DNA of 64,000 nucleotides from contig CAWAWS010000033.1 of assembly GCA_963785725.1 (NCBI GenBank), forward strand, positions 224,001 to 288,000. The letters run 5' to 3'. The stretch's first letter is position 1. The number at the start of each line of letters is the position of its first letter. Both the position numbers and the translations under genes were made by a program. The notes under the pieces are model-generated. The model did no database searches, was not told the origin of the DNA, and saw only the letters and a list, made by a program, of their open reading frames with translations. Positions 21,475 through 32,166 of this stretch are shown here, one piece after another. The stretch is from an uncultured delta proteobacterium (lineage in GTDB: Bacteria; Myxococcota_A; Polyangia; Palsa-1104).

Positions 21475-22261
21475 ATGCGTCGCTCGCTCGCCGTCGCTTC
21501 CGTGTTGCTGCTGTCGTCGTGCGCCGGCGTCGTGACCACGACCGTCGCGCCCGGCCACGCGGCCGTCATGACGACCGCCGACGGCGAGCACCTCATCCTG
21601 CGCGAGGGCATGACCGACGTGCCCGACTCGGCGCATGTCGACGACTTCGATCTGACGCAACAAGCGGCCGGCGGCACGTTCACGGCGACGACGGCCGATG
21701 GCGCGCGCGTCGTCGTGCACGATCCGACGGTCAGCTACACCCTCGTCGCCGATGAGCTCGTCGCTGCCGACGGCGAGCTCGGGCCCGATCGCTGGCGCGC
21801 GATCGTCGCGCCCATCGTGCAGGCGACGATCGCCGGCGTGCTCGCGACCTATCGCTTCGACGAGCTGACGCCGAGGAATCTGCGGGCGGCGCAGGCGCAG
21901 ATCACGGCGCTGGCGTTCGATCGGCTGCGGCCGTACCACTTGGCGCTGTCCGCGGTCGAGCTCAAAGGCGTGACCGCGCAGCTGCCGGAGCTGGCGCGCG
22001 CCGTGACGGCGACGTCGGTGTGGCAGGAGCGCAGCGCGGCGGCGCGGCTGGCGCTCGACGTCGCGCGCCAACAGGCCGACGGCCTGCGCGCGCAAGCCGC
22101 CGGGCTCGCCTCCGGCTACGCCAGCGTCGCGCCGACGCTGACGCCGGCCGTGCTCGCAGGACCAAGCCGCCCGCGCCTGGCAAGCGCTGCATCACCGTCG
22201 CCGGCGACCGCCGTGCTCATGACGAACGACCGTTCACCACAACTGGAGGTCGTCGCCATGA
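21475..22261 (+). CDS. SPFH/prohibitin-like lipoprotein 1 (3' end disrupted by indels)
   Basis: Lipobox LSSC; ATTADGARVVV, IVAPIVQATI..VLATY, coiled-coil tail; likely ends at an ATGA overlap with the next gene. Confidence 0.65.
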
Positions 22262-23074
22262 AGAATTCTCTGCTGCTTTTGGGCGTCACGCTGCTCGGCG
22301 GCTGCGCCAGCACCACCGTCGGGCCGGGACAGATCGGCGTGCTTGTGGACCGCCGCCGGCGGCACGCAGCTCGCAGACGTTCGGCGAGGGCGCGCACAAC
22401 CTGGCCGGCGACGACGTCATGTCGATCTTCGACCTGCGCACGACCAGCCACGACGAGGCGCTGGCCGTCATCGCGTCCAACGGCCTCGGCATCAAGCTCG
22501 ACGCGTCGATCTCTGTATCACCTCGACCCGCGCGAGGTCGTGCAGCTGCAAAAGGAGATCGGGCCCGAGTATTACGCCAAGATCTTGGCGCCGGTGTTGC
22601 GCTCGGAGGCGCGGCGGGTCATCGGGCAGTACACGCCGGAAGAGATCTATTCGACCAAGCGCGATCTCATCGAGCGGCAGATCTTCGACGGGCTGAGCAA
22701 GAAGATCGCGGGGCGTCACATCGTGCTCGAGGCGGTGCTGATTCGCGGCGTCGAGCTGCCGGATGCCATCGAGCGGGCCATCGATCAGAAGCTGCAAGCG
22801 GAGCAGGAGGTGCTTGAAGATGAAGTACGTGCTCGAGGTGGCCAAGGCGAAGGCCGACGAGCAGCGCATCGAGGCGCAAGGTGTCGCCGACTACAACAAG
22901 ACCGTCGCCAACAGCTTGAGCCCGGCGATCCTCGAGTTCCAGCGCACGCAGCAGCTCGGGCAGCTGGCGACGTCGGCGAACGCCAAGACGGTCGTCATGG
23001 GAGCGGGCACGACGCCGACTGTGACTTTGGCTGCAAATCCGTCGTCGTCGTCGTCGGGCTCGCGGCCGCAGTAG
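22258..23074 (+). CDS. SPFH/prohibitin family protein 2 (four +1 frameshifts)
   Basis: RBS GGAGGT; lipobox LGGC; reassembled across frames: VLWT, IASNGLGIKLDAS, IGPEYYAKILAPVLRSEARRVIGQYTPEEIYSTKR, KLQAEQE, IEAQGVADYNKTVANSLSPAIL. Confidence 0.82.
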
Positions 23075-23209
23075 CGCCGATTCTCGGTTGTCGCCGCTCA
23101 GCCACGGGCGTAAAGTGCACAGCTGGCAACGGATTCGCCGGGCGGGAGGCGCGAGCGTGGTCGACGACGGCGGCAAGAGCGCGTGCCCGGCGCGGCCGGA
23201 GACGGCCAC

Positions 23210-24145
23210 ATGAGCGCGCCCCGACGGCGCCTGTTGGCGATCGTCAACCCGATCGCCGGTCGCGGCGCGCACGCGCGCACCCGCCGGCAGCTCGACGAGC
23301 TGGCTAGGCGCGCCGGCGTCACCATCGAGACGCGCGCCACCGAGCGCGCCGGTCACGCCGCCGAGCTCGCCGGCCACGCGCGCGGCCAAGGCTTCGACGC
23401 CGTCATCTGCTGCGGCGGCGACGGCACCGTCAACGAGACCATCAACGGCCTCGGCGCCGGCGGCCTGCCGCTCGTCGTCGTCCCAGCCGGCACCGGCAAC
23501 GCGCTCGCCCGCGAGATTGGCGCGCCCGGCGACGCGCGCGGCTGGGCGCCGGCCTTGCGCGCCTGGCAGCTGCGCACCCGCGACCTCGGCCGCTTGCAGG
23601 ACGAACGGCTGTTCGCCTGCTTCGTCGGCGCCGGCTTCGACGCCGAGTGCGTGCGCGTCTATCGCGAGCTGCGCACGGGCGCCATTCACCCGCTGCGCTA
23701 TATGCTGATGATGCGCGGGATCATGAACCGCTCGCTCGCGCGCGCCGACTTCTCGACCTTGCAGCTGACCGTCGACGGCGCGCCGGCGGTCGATCACGGC
23801 AGCTACGCGCTCGTCGCCATCTCGCCCGTGTTCGGCGGGCCCATCCGCTTCATCCGCGACGCCGCGCCCGCCGACGGCCGCTTCGACGGCCTGGCGCTGA
23901 CGGCGCGGGTCAGCCAAGCGATCGTCTTCCGCATGCTGGCGCTCGGCCTCTTCGACTGGCGCTCTGCGCGCGGCGACCTGCACCGCGTCCAAGGCGCGCG
24001 CATCGACATCGCCACGTCCGAGCGCGTGCCCTATCAGGTCGACGGCGACTTCGCCGGCTACTTGCCGATCGCGATGCAGATCGTGCCGGGCGGCCTGACG
24101 CTCATCGATCCGGCGGCCCACGCCACGGCCCGAGCAGCCGCATGA
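23210..24145 (+). CDS. Diacylglycerol/sphingosine kinase family lipid kinase (YegS/BmrU-like)
   Basis: IVNPIAG, GGDGTVNE, PAGTGNALAR, GAGFDA, YQVDGD. Confidence 0.92.
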   Translation: MSAPRRRLLAIVNPIAGRGAHARTRRQLDELARRAGVTIETRATERAGHAAELAGHARGQGFDAVICCGGDGTVNETINGLGAGGLPLVVVPAGTGNALAREIGAPGDARGWAPALRAWQLRTRDLGRLQDERLFACFVGAGFDAECVRVYRELRTGAIHPLRYMLMMRGIMNRSLARADFSTLQLTVDGAPAVDHGSYALVAISPVFGGPIRFIRDAAPADGRFDGLALTARVSQAIVFRMLALGLFDWRSARGDLHRVQGARIDIATSERVPYQVDGDFAGYLPIAMQIVPGGLTLIDPAAHATARAAA

Positions 24146-27100
24146 ACGGCGCCACCGCCGAGTTCGATCGCGACCGCTTCCAGACGATCCGTCGGCTCGG
24201 CGTCGGGGGCATGGGCGTCGTCTACGAGGTGCTCGACGCCAGCGCAGCGTGCGCGTGGCGTTGAAGACGCTGCTCAAGGTGGACGCCGCCGGGCTCTACC
24301 GCTTCAAGCGCGAGTTCCGCGCGCTCGCCGACATCGCGCACCCGAACCTCGTCTCGCTCTACGAGCTGTGTCGAGCCGACGCGTGGTTCTTCACGATGGA
24401 GCTCGTCGACGGCGACGACTTCGTTCGCCACGTGCTGCAAGTCGCGGCGACGCGCGCGGCCGAGCCACGCGCCCGTCGACTACCTGGCGTGCACCGTCGC
24501 GCGACGACCTGGCGAGGCGGGCGTGGCGACGAGGGCGAGCTGTCGGCGGGGCGCGCGGCGTCGCCCGCCGACTTCGAGCAGCGTGCGCGCCGGCGCTGCG
24601 CCAGCTCGCCGAGGGCATGCCGCGCGCTGCACGCCGCCGGCAAGGTGCACCGCGACATCAAGCCGTCGAACGTGCTCGTCGCGCCGCGACGGGCGCGTCG
24701 TGCTCCTCGACTTCGGCGCTCGTCGAGCGAAGCGGCGCCCGGCCGGCGGCGCAAGGCGGGACGACGGACATCGTCGGGCACGATCGCGTACATGTCGCCC
24801 GAGCAGGCGTCGGCGCGAGGCGACCGGTCGGGCCGCGTCCGATTGGTAAGCGTCGGGCGCTGCTCTTTCGAGCGTCGATCGGGATGCTGCCGTTCGCCGG
24901 GACGGCGCTGAGAGCGTCCTCGAGCTCCGGCATGCACATGAGCGGCCGTCGCGCCGTCCGCGTGCGTGGACGGCTTGCCCGAGGACCTGAACGCGCTGTG
25001 CATGGCCCTCCTGCGCCCGACCCGGCGAGCCGGCCCGGGGCGAGCGACGTCCTGCGGCGGCTGGGCGGCGCGGCGCCCAGCGCGCCGTCCCCGCGCCGCC
25101 GCTCTCGCGCGGCGCGCGCGCGGCCGGCAGCTTCGTCGGCCGCGACCGCAGCTCGGGACGCTCGGCGGCGGTGCAAGCTCGAGGCGGCCGCGGACGGCGG
25201 TCGCGCACGGTGCGGCGCGGCCGAATCGGGCATCGGCAAGGCGCGCGTGCTCGATCATTTCCTGCAGGAGCAGGCGGCGGCGCACCCGACGACGACGTCG
25301 TCCTGCGCGGCCGCGCTACGAGCGCGAGTCGGTGCCCTACAAAGCGCTCGATCCGCTCGTCGATTCCTTGTGTCACCACCTCGGTCGGCTCGGGCCGCAC
25401 GAGTCGGCGGCGCTCTTGCCGCGGCATTTGTGGGCGCTGGCGCAGCTGTTTCCCGTGCTCGGCCGCGTCGAGGCCATGGCGCCGGTGCCGCACGACGACG
25501 CCGCGCAGCCGGAGCCGCGCGAAGTGCGCCGCCTGGCGCTGTTGGCGCTGCGCGAGCTGCTGGCGCGCATCGCCGATTGCCGCCTCGTCATCCTGGCCAT
25601 CGACGATCTGCAATGGGGCGACGCCGACTCGGGCGCGCTCTTGGCCGAGGCGCTGTCCGGTGACTCGGAGCCGATGTCGATCCTGCTCGTGCTCGCGTGT
25701 CGCGGCGAAGAGCGGGCGCGCAGCCCGTTCTTGGGCGCCTTTCGCGTCTCGCGGAACGTCGACGTGCGCGAGGTCGAGCTCGGTCCCTTGCCGCCGGCCG
25801 AGACGCGCGAGCTGGCGCGACGTCTCCTGCACGCCAGCGACAGCATCGTCGGCCCGACGGCGCAGCTGGCGCATACCGTGGCGCGCGAATCGGGCGGCAT
25901 TCCGCTGTTCGTCGGCGAGCTCATGCATTATCTGCCGAGCCTGCAAGCCAGCCGCGCCGAGAGCGGCGAGCGCGCCATCAAGTTCGAGGAGATGCTGGCG
26001 CAGCGACTGCAACCGCTGTCGGCGCACGAGCGGCGGCTGCTCGAGGTCGTGGCCGCGGCCAGCCGGCCCATCAGCGAAGATATCGCGGCCAAAGCCGCCG
26101 AGCTGCCGCCCGAGTCGCGCCAGCTGTCGTTCGATCGGCTGCGCGCCGCCAAGCTCGTCCGTCGCAGCGCCGACGGCGGCACGGTCGAGACGTTTCACGA
26201 TCGCATCCGCGAGGCGCTCTTGCAGATCATCGACGCCGGCGTCCTGCGCGAGCATCACCTGCGCCTCGCGCAGACGCTGGAAGAGGCGGACGAGGTCGAT
26301 CCCGAGCTGCTCGCCGCCCACTATGTCGCCGCCCATCAAGCCGACAACGCCGGCGTGTATGCGCTGCGCGCGGCCGATCAGGCGATGCAGGCGCTGGCGT
26401 TCGATCGCGCGGTGCGGCTCTATCGGCTGGCGCTCGAGCTCTTGCCCGACGATGACCGGGAGCGGCCGCGGCTGCACGCCGGCCTGGCCGACGCGCTCAG
26501 CTACATCGGCCGCTGCTCCGAAGCCGCCGTCTCGTACCTGAAAGCGGCGGAGATGGATCCGACCGATCGCAACCGCACCTGGCGACGATTGGCGGCCGAG
26601 CAGCTGCTCAAGAGCGGTCACCTCGACGAAGGCTTCGACGTCCTGCGCTCGCTCTTGACGAGCCTGGGCGTGACCTTGCCGCCGACGCGCCGCCGCGCCA
26701 TCGTCGGCGTCATCGGCAAGCGGACCTGGCTGCGCACGGTCGGCATCGGCTTTCGCCGCCGCGCCTCGTCGACGCTGACGCCGCTGGAAGCCGAGCGCAT
26801 CGACACCTGCTGGGGCCTCGGCACCTACTTGAGCTCGATCGATCCCATCTTGGGCGCCTATTTTCAGGCGAGCAGCTTGCATTTGTCGCTGCGCGCCGGC
26901 GATCCCTTCCGCATCACGCGCGCCCTGTCGAGCGAAGCCGCTTATTACTCGTTGCGCGGCGAGCGCGGCCGCCGGCACGTCGACAAGCTGCTCGGCGCCG
27001 CCCGCGAGCTGGCCAAAGAGATCGATCGGCCCTACACCTTCGCCTTCGTCGACTTGGTCGAGGGCATCATCGCCTTCATGTCCGAGGAGCGCTGGCACAA

Positions 27101-28007
27101 ATCGTTCGAGCTGTGCCAGCGCGCCGAAGCGGTGTTTCGCGAGCGCTGCCGCGGCGCCAGCTGGGAGATCACCAACGGCCAGTTCTTCTCGCTCAACGCG
27201 CTCATGCAGCAGGGCAAGCTGGCGGCGCTGGCGTCACGGCTGCCGACGGCGTTGGCGGCGGCGCGCGACTTGGGCGACCTCTTCGCCGACAGCTTCTTGC
27301 GCTTTCGCTTCTCGTCGATGGTGTGGCTGGCCAACGATCAAACGGCGCACGCGCACGAAGAGAACGAGCAGCTGCGGGCGCGCTTCTCGGCGCGCGACTT
27401 CTTCATCCAGCATTATTGGGATCGCCACGCCGACGTGCAGCTGATGATGTACACCGGCGACGGCGCCCGCGCCTGGCAGCTGACGCAGGAGCTGTGGCAG
27501 ACGCTGCGCAAGTCGCTCCTCCTGAAGACGCAGTTTCACCGCATCGACGCGCTGTTCCTGCATGCGCGGGCGGCGTTGGCGGCGGCCGAGCAGCTGCCGG
27601 CGGGCAGCGAGCGAACGCAGCTCTTGCGCGTGGCCGAGCACGACGCCGCCTGGCTCGGACGCCATCAGCCGGTGCGCGCGCGGGCGATGGCGCTGCTCGT
27701 CGGCGCCGGCAGTCGCGCGCTGCGCGGCGACGCCGAGGGCGCCATGACCGCGCTCTACGCCGCCGCCGACGGCTTCGACGCCGCCGCGATGTCGCTGCAC
27801 GCCGCCATCTGCCGCCGTCGCTACGGCGAGATCGTGGGCGGCGAGCGCGGCCGCTCGCTCGTCGTCGCCGCCGACGACTGGATGGCCGGCGAGCAAATCA
27901 AGAGCCCGACGCGCTTCGCACGCCTGTTCGCGCCTGGGACTGCGGCTGCGGAAGTGACGGCGCGTACGTCTTCCACAGCCGATCCCAGCTATGGTCGAGC
28001 ACCATGA
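24142..28007 (+). CDS. Ser/Thr kinase - AAA/STAND-type ATPase - TPR-like protein (many frameshifts in 24240-25320)
   Basis: ATGA overlap with the lipid kinase; LGVGGMGVVYE, VALK, HPNLVSLYEL, HRDIKPSN, GTIAYMSPEQ in shifting frames; ESGIGK Walker A, YERESVPYKALD, LAIDDLQWGD Walker B, SGGIPLFV, HDRIRE. Confidence 0.85.
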
Positions 28008-28434
28008 AATTGACCGCTTCGTCGTGGTGCGCGAAATGGACGCGCCGCCCCGCTCGAAACCACCCGAACCGTTCGTAGGACGAGCCCGTGCGATGAAACT
28101 GTTCGTGCACGTAGTTGATGGCGATGAGCAGCAGCACCGTCTCCAAGAACGACAGCAGCCCCAACGCCCACGGCAAGACGACGAACGCCAGCGCCGTCTG
28201 CAGGAGCAGCCACGGCAAGAGCGCAAACGCGCTGTTGGTGCCGCCGACGCCGCCGCGATAGTGACCGTCGCTCGAGCAGCGGTCGCTGTCGGGATAGATG
28301 GCGTGATGGCCGAGCAGGTGAAAGCGGCTCAGCCACCCGCCCGGTCGATGCGCGAAGCGATGGCCGAACCACACGCTGAAGGTGGTGGCGGCGTACGTGG
28401 CGACGCTGACGACGACCACCGCGCTCGCGGTCAC
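27898..28434 (-). CDS. Sterol desaturase / fatty acid hydroxylase family di-iron enzyme
   Basis: His boxes HRFAH, HLLGHH, HEQFH, HFAHH; NF..LD..WDRL..TY; TM segments. Confidence 0.82.
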   Translation of the reverse strand: MTASAVVVVSVATYAATTFSVWFGHRFAHRPGGWLSRFHLLGHHAIYPDSDRCSSDGHYRGGVGGTNSAFALLPWLLLQTALAFVVLPWALGLLSFLETVLLLIAINYVHEQFHRTGSSYERFGWFRAGRRVHFAHHDEAVNFMVLDHSWDRLWKTYAPSLPQPQSQARTGVRSASGS

Positions 28435-28521
28435 GCGCCGCTCGCGGAGGTCATTTCACTGCGCGCGCCGATCGATTCGATCGATCCCATCAGGGAAGCC
28501 GATCGAACCGGGCGCGACAAC

Positions 28522-29334
28522 ATGCCGCGCGGCCTCCTCGATCGCGTCGGGCCATACGTGACGCACGGCTGCCTCGTCGCGACCACGATCCTGTTGTACG
28601 GCTTGGTGCTGCGCTTTTCGTGGTCGCCGATGATCATCGTGTGCGCCATCCTGCAGCATCGAATCGGGATACTTTTGCACGAGTATATCCACGGCATTCC
28701 CTTTCGAATGCAAAAACATAATCAGTGGGTATTGTCACTTTATGACCCGTTGATGTGCGCGTTCGGCCTGTTGCAGCTGTTTCGCGGCTCGCATCTGGCG
28801 CATCATCGCTGGCTCAACACCGAGCGCGATCCGGCGCACCAGAGCGCGCAGCGGACGGCGGAGCGCGGCGCGCTCGGCCTGTTGGCGGCGCTGGAGCTGC
28901 CGCAGCATCTGCAGTATCTGCGCGACGCCGTCGCCGGGCGGCAGGCGTTCGCGCGCCGGTCACGCCTCGCGTTCGGCTTCGTCGCGACGGTGGTCTGGGT
29001 CGGCGGCTGGTGCGCGCTCGGCCTGTGGCGCGTGCCGCTGACGATCGCCGCGCTCAGCGTCTACAACGCCGTCGTGTCGAGCTCGCTGCGCGGCGCGGTC
29101 GAGCATCAGAGCGAGCGAGCGAACCCGATGTTCGCCAACGAATATCGAAGCTTCGTGCCGCTCTTCAATATCAATCGGCATGTTCATCATCATTTGGATC
29201 CGCGCTGCCCGTGGTATCGCCTGCGGTTCTTGGCGCGGCCGCTGCCGGCGCACGCGTTCGTCACGCACTGGTGGAAGACGTACGTGACGAAGCGCTACGT
29301 CCTCATGCGGCCGCCGTCGTCGGCGACCGACTAA
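28522..29334 (+). CDS. Membrane fatty acid desaturase family protein
   Basis: His boxes HEYIH, HLAHH..LNTERDP, EH, HVHHH.DP..PWYRL. Confidence 0.87.
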   Translation: MPRGLLDRVGPYVTHGCLVATTILLYGLVLRFSWSPMIIVCAILQHRIGILLHEYIHGIPFRMQKHNQWVLSLYDPLMCAFGLLQLFRGSHLAHHRWLNTERDPAHQSAQRTAERGALGLLAALELPQHLQYLRDAVAGRQAFARRSRLAFGFVATVVWVGGWCALGLWRVPLTIAALSVYNAVVSSSLRGAVEHQSERANPMFANEYRSFVPLFNINRHVHHHLDPRCPWYRLRFLARPLPAHAFVTHWWKTYVTKRYVLMRPPSSATD

Positions 29335-29336
29335 CC

Positions 29337-29759
29337 TCAAGGCGACAGAACGGTAAAGTCGGCGGACGCGAGCCGCTCGCCGTCGCGCACGAAGACGACG
29401 CGAAAACGGCCGCGGGCCGCGCCGACGAGCTGCGTGACGTCGGGCATGGCGAAGACGACCTCGTCATCGCGCTCGCCGGCGCGCAGCGGGATCACGTGCA
29501 GGACGCGATCGCCGTCGGCGAGGTGGTGCAGCTCGAGCTCGACGAAGCCGCCCGCGCCAAAGCGCCGCGGCGACGACAAGAGCACGCGAATCGGCTGCCC
29601 GCGGCGCAGCGCGACGTCGCCTTCCGCCGCATGCGCGAAGCTCGCGCCGATGAAGACGCGCGCACGCGGCACGAAGAGGCGCCACGCCGTCAAGCCGCCC
29701 GCCGCCAGCGTCGCCAGCAGCGCGGCCGCCAACCAGCGCGCGCGACGCGACCGGGCCAC
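29337..29759 (-). CDS. Hypothetical membrane-anchored protein
   Basis: N-terminal TM followed by a beta-rich domain ending ASADFTV; fills the gap exactly. Confidence 0.55.
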   Translation of the reverse strand: MARSRRARWLAAALLATLAAGGLTAWRLFVPRARVFIGASFAHAAEGDVALRRGQPIRVLLSSPRRFGAGGFVELELHHLADGDRVLHVIPLRAGERDDEVVFAMPDVTQLVGAARGRFRVVFVRDGERLASADFTVLSP

Positions 29760-29913
29760 GTCCCGAGCTTAGCGTCGGCGCGCCGCTATCGTCGAAGAAT
29801 AAGCGCCACCGTCGCGAAATTGACGTTTGGCGACGTAGCGTTACAGACCACGACGCAACTATTTCGGCGCCTGGCCGATAACTGACGACAACGATCGGAG
29901 GGAAGCGCGGACG

Positions 29914-30627
29914 ATGCCCATCGGCGGATATATCGTCGTCATCGGGAGCGGCAGCGAGGTCATCGAGCACGAGCTCATCGCCGACGCCGGCCATCCGAAC
30001 GTCGGCGAGCGGATCGTGCTCGACGGCGCCACCTACGTCGTCGTCGCCGTGCAGCACGAGGAGGAGCGCGACAGCCACGCGTCGGCGCGACACACGTATG
30101 CGCGCGTGTTCTTGCGGCCGCTCGACAGCAGGCGCGCGCCGCGACCGCGGCCCGACGGCGACGCGCCGTCGGCGATCTTGCCGTTCGTCGCGCCGCCGGG
30201 CGTGGACGGCTGCGCCATCCTGCCGCCGGCGCTGGTCGCGGTGCTCGTCGTGGCCGGTTACAGCGAGCAGAAGATGGTCTATCGCACGGGACGGCGGCGG
30301 GTGGCGCAGCTGTTGCGCGCCGGCGATCGCTGGATGGCGCTGAACGGCGCCGACGCCTGGCGTTTGTCGCGACTGGCCAAGCGGCAGCTGCACGGCGCCA
30401 TTCGCTTCGCCTTGACGCTCGCCGGCGGGCACGGCCCCGCCGTCGACGATGACGGCGCGACTACTTTGCCTTGCGCCGCGCCGGCGCGCGCGGCGGCGCC
30501 GCCGCGGTCGCCGACGGCAGGCCCAGAAACTGCTCCACCAGCTCGGTCAGCGCGGCCAGCTTTGCGTTTGGTACCTGGCGGACAAGATCGCGAAGACGGT
30601 GGCGAAGATGCGACTCGGGAAACGTAA
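29914..30627 (+). CDS. Hypothetical protein
   Basis: RBS GGAGGG; globular N-terminus with host-like codons; 3' end overlaps the XRE gene on the opposite strand. Confidence 0.55.
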   Translation: MPIGGYIVVIGSGSEVIEHELIADAGHPNVGERIVLDGATYVVVAVQHEEERDSHASARHTYARVFLRPLDSRRAPRPRPDGDAPSAILPFVAPPGVDGCAILPPALVAVLVVAGYSEQKMVYRTGRRRVAQLLRAGDRWMALNGADAWRLSRLAKRQLHGAIRFALTLAGGHGPAVDDDGATTLPCAAPARAAAPPRSPTAGPETAPPARSARPALRLVPGGQDREDGGEDATRET

Positions 30628-30826
30628 ATAGGTCGGCCGTATCGACGCGATAGACGGTCGCCAAGTTGATGGCGAGGTCGATGCTCGGCCACACGTCGCC
30701 GCGCTCGAGCCCGTAAATGTGGGTGCGATCGACGCCCACCCACTGCGCGACATCGTCGACGCGCAGCGCCTGCTCTTCGCGCAGCTGCTTCAGTCGCGCG
30801 CCGAACTGCTTCTTCACCGAGGCCAT
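30461..30826 (-). CDS. XRE/Cro-C1 helix-turn-helix transcriptional regulator
   Basis: FGARLKQLREEQAL..DDVAQWVGVDRTHIYGLERG..WPSIDLAINLA. Confidence 0.88.
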   Translation of the reverse strand: MASVKKQFGARLKQLREEQALRVDDVAQWVGVDRTHIYGLERGDVWPSIDLAINLATVYRVDTADLFTFPESHLRHRLRDLVRQVPNAKLAALTELVEQFLGLPSATAAAPPRAPARRKAK

Positions 30827-30898
30827 CTCGACGCGCAACGTAGCACGCCGATGTGGTGTAAGAAACAACACAGCCGGAAGCGTTCGGAGCGGCGTCGT

Positions 30899-31570
30899 CT
30901 AAGGTAGCGGCTCGGCGGCGACGATCGCGAGCTCGGCGCGCAGGCGGCGCAGCGCCAGCCAGCTCGTGCGGTCGTATTCACCGCGCAGATGGCCTTGGCG
31001 ATCGACGAGCAGCAGGCGATCGTCGGCGAAGAGCGGCGCGCCAAATTTCGCGCGCTCGGACTGCAGGCGGCGCCAGTCGACGTCGAGCGCGTCGAGCAGG
31101 CTGGTGACGTCGGGCGGCGTGCCGCTGGCGATCGACCACGGCGGCGTCGCATCGACGGCGGCGGCGACGGCCGGCAAATGCGCGGGCGTGTCTTCGTCGG
31201 GCGCCGCGGTCAACGTCACCACAGCGACGTCGCCACGGCCGCGCACGTCGGCGGCCAGCGCGCGCATGTCGGCGAGCGCGCGCGGCACGTGCATGACGTC
31301 GTGGAAGAAGGCGAACCCGATGACGACGACGCGGCCGGCCCAGCTCGCGCGCGTCAGCGGCCGCCCCGCTTGGTCGACGAGCGTGAACGGTGGCAGCGGC
31401 GCGCCGATCGGAATCACGGCCCGCGCCGCGCTCAGCCGCCACAGCCATGCCGTGCCGGCGACGAGCACGAGCGCGACCCCGACCGCGAACGCGCGCCGCC
31501 ACCGCCGCGCGCGCCGCCGGCGGTCGCGCGTGGCCGCCTCCGCCGCGCGCACGGCTGCCCGAGAGCCCAT
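30899..31570 (-). CDS. SCO1/SenC-fold protein lacking the canonical CxxxC and His copper ligands
   Basis: TM anchor; PPFTLVDQAGRP, GRVVVIGF, PDEDTP, W...SG, LLLVDRQGHLRGEY; no Cys anywhere in the ORF. Confidence 0.8.
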   Translation of the reverse strand: MGSRAAVRAAEAATRDRRRRARRWRRAFAVGVALVLVAGTAWLWRLSAARAVIPIGAPLPPFTLVDQAGRPLTRASWAGRVVVIGFAFFHDVMHVPRALADMRALAADVRGRGDVAVVTLTAAPDEDTPAHLPAVAAAVDATPPWSIASGTPPDVTSLLDALDVDWRRLQSERAKFGAPLFADDRLLLVDRQGHLRGEYDRTSWLALRRLRAELAIVAAEPLP

Positions 31571-31609
31571 GTCGCTTCATACCAGATCCGTGTAGGCTCG
31601 GTAGTTAGC

Positions 31610-32113
31610 ATGCGTCAGCGGTGGCACGGGCTCTGCGCGCTCGCCGTGTACGTCACGGCGGCGGTCGTATGCCCGGCGCTGCACTTGTCGCATCACGCCG
31701 TCGCCGGCGCCGATCACACACACGGCGGCGCCGCGCCCGTCGCCGCCGCGCCCGGCGCCGCCGCCGTCGACCTGGCGGCGCTCGGGCTGGCCGACGTCAG
31801 CGCACCCGCCGTCGTCGACTGCACGCTGGCCGCGCTCACGCTCGCCGACTGCGACACGCCGGCGGACGGGCCGCGCCACTTCGGCGACGACACCGGCCGC
31901 GACCAGCCGCCGCCGCCCGCGCCCATCGACGTCCGCCACGGCGCCGGCAGCCTGGAGCACCTCGGCGCCCTTGCCCTCGCGTCGAGCCCGGTCACGCTGC
32001 CGCCGCCGCTGCTGCGGGAGACGCGCCTCGCCATCTTCGCCCGCCCGCCGCTCCGCTCGCTCGAATTCGCGCTCGCGCAGCACTCGCGCGGCCCTCCGTC
32101 GCTCGTCGTCTGA
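31610..32113 (+). CDS. His-rich DUF2946/CruR-like leader protein with C-terminal RGPP arrest motif
   Basis: Hydrophobic N-terminus, HLSHH..DHTH, C-x9-C, RHGAGSLEH, Pro-rich spacer, SRGPP near the stop; 53 nt upstream of the TonB-dependent receptor. Confidence 0.75.
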   Translation: MRQRWHGLCALAVYVTAAVVCPALHLSHHAVAGADHTHGGAAPVAAAPGAAAVDLAALGLADVSAPAVVDCTLAALTLADCDTPADGPRHFGDDTGRDQPPPPAPIDVRHGAGSLEHLGALALASSPVTLPPPLLRETRLAIFARPPLRSLEFALAQHSRGPPSLVV

Positions 32114-32166
32114 CGCCTTTTTTCGTCATTCGATGATCGCGCGCCGTTTACGGCGCTGGAGGATTC

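Noticed and set aside
21475..23307. Apparent 610-aa double-SPFH fusion protein
   Set aside because: Internal RBS and lipobox at 22258 and coding signal hopping between frames show two genes joined by indels
27991..28521. Long N-terminal extension of the desaturase ORF
   Set aside because: It is the antisense of the hydroxylase gene; the desaturase-like sequence starts at ATG 28522
29914..30826. Prophage or mobile element suggested by the XRE regulator
   Set aside because: No integrase, transposase, phage structural gene or att-like repeat seen nearby
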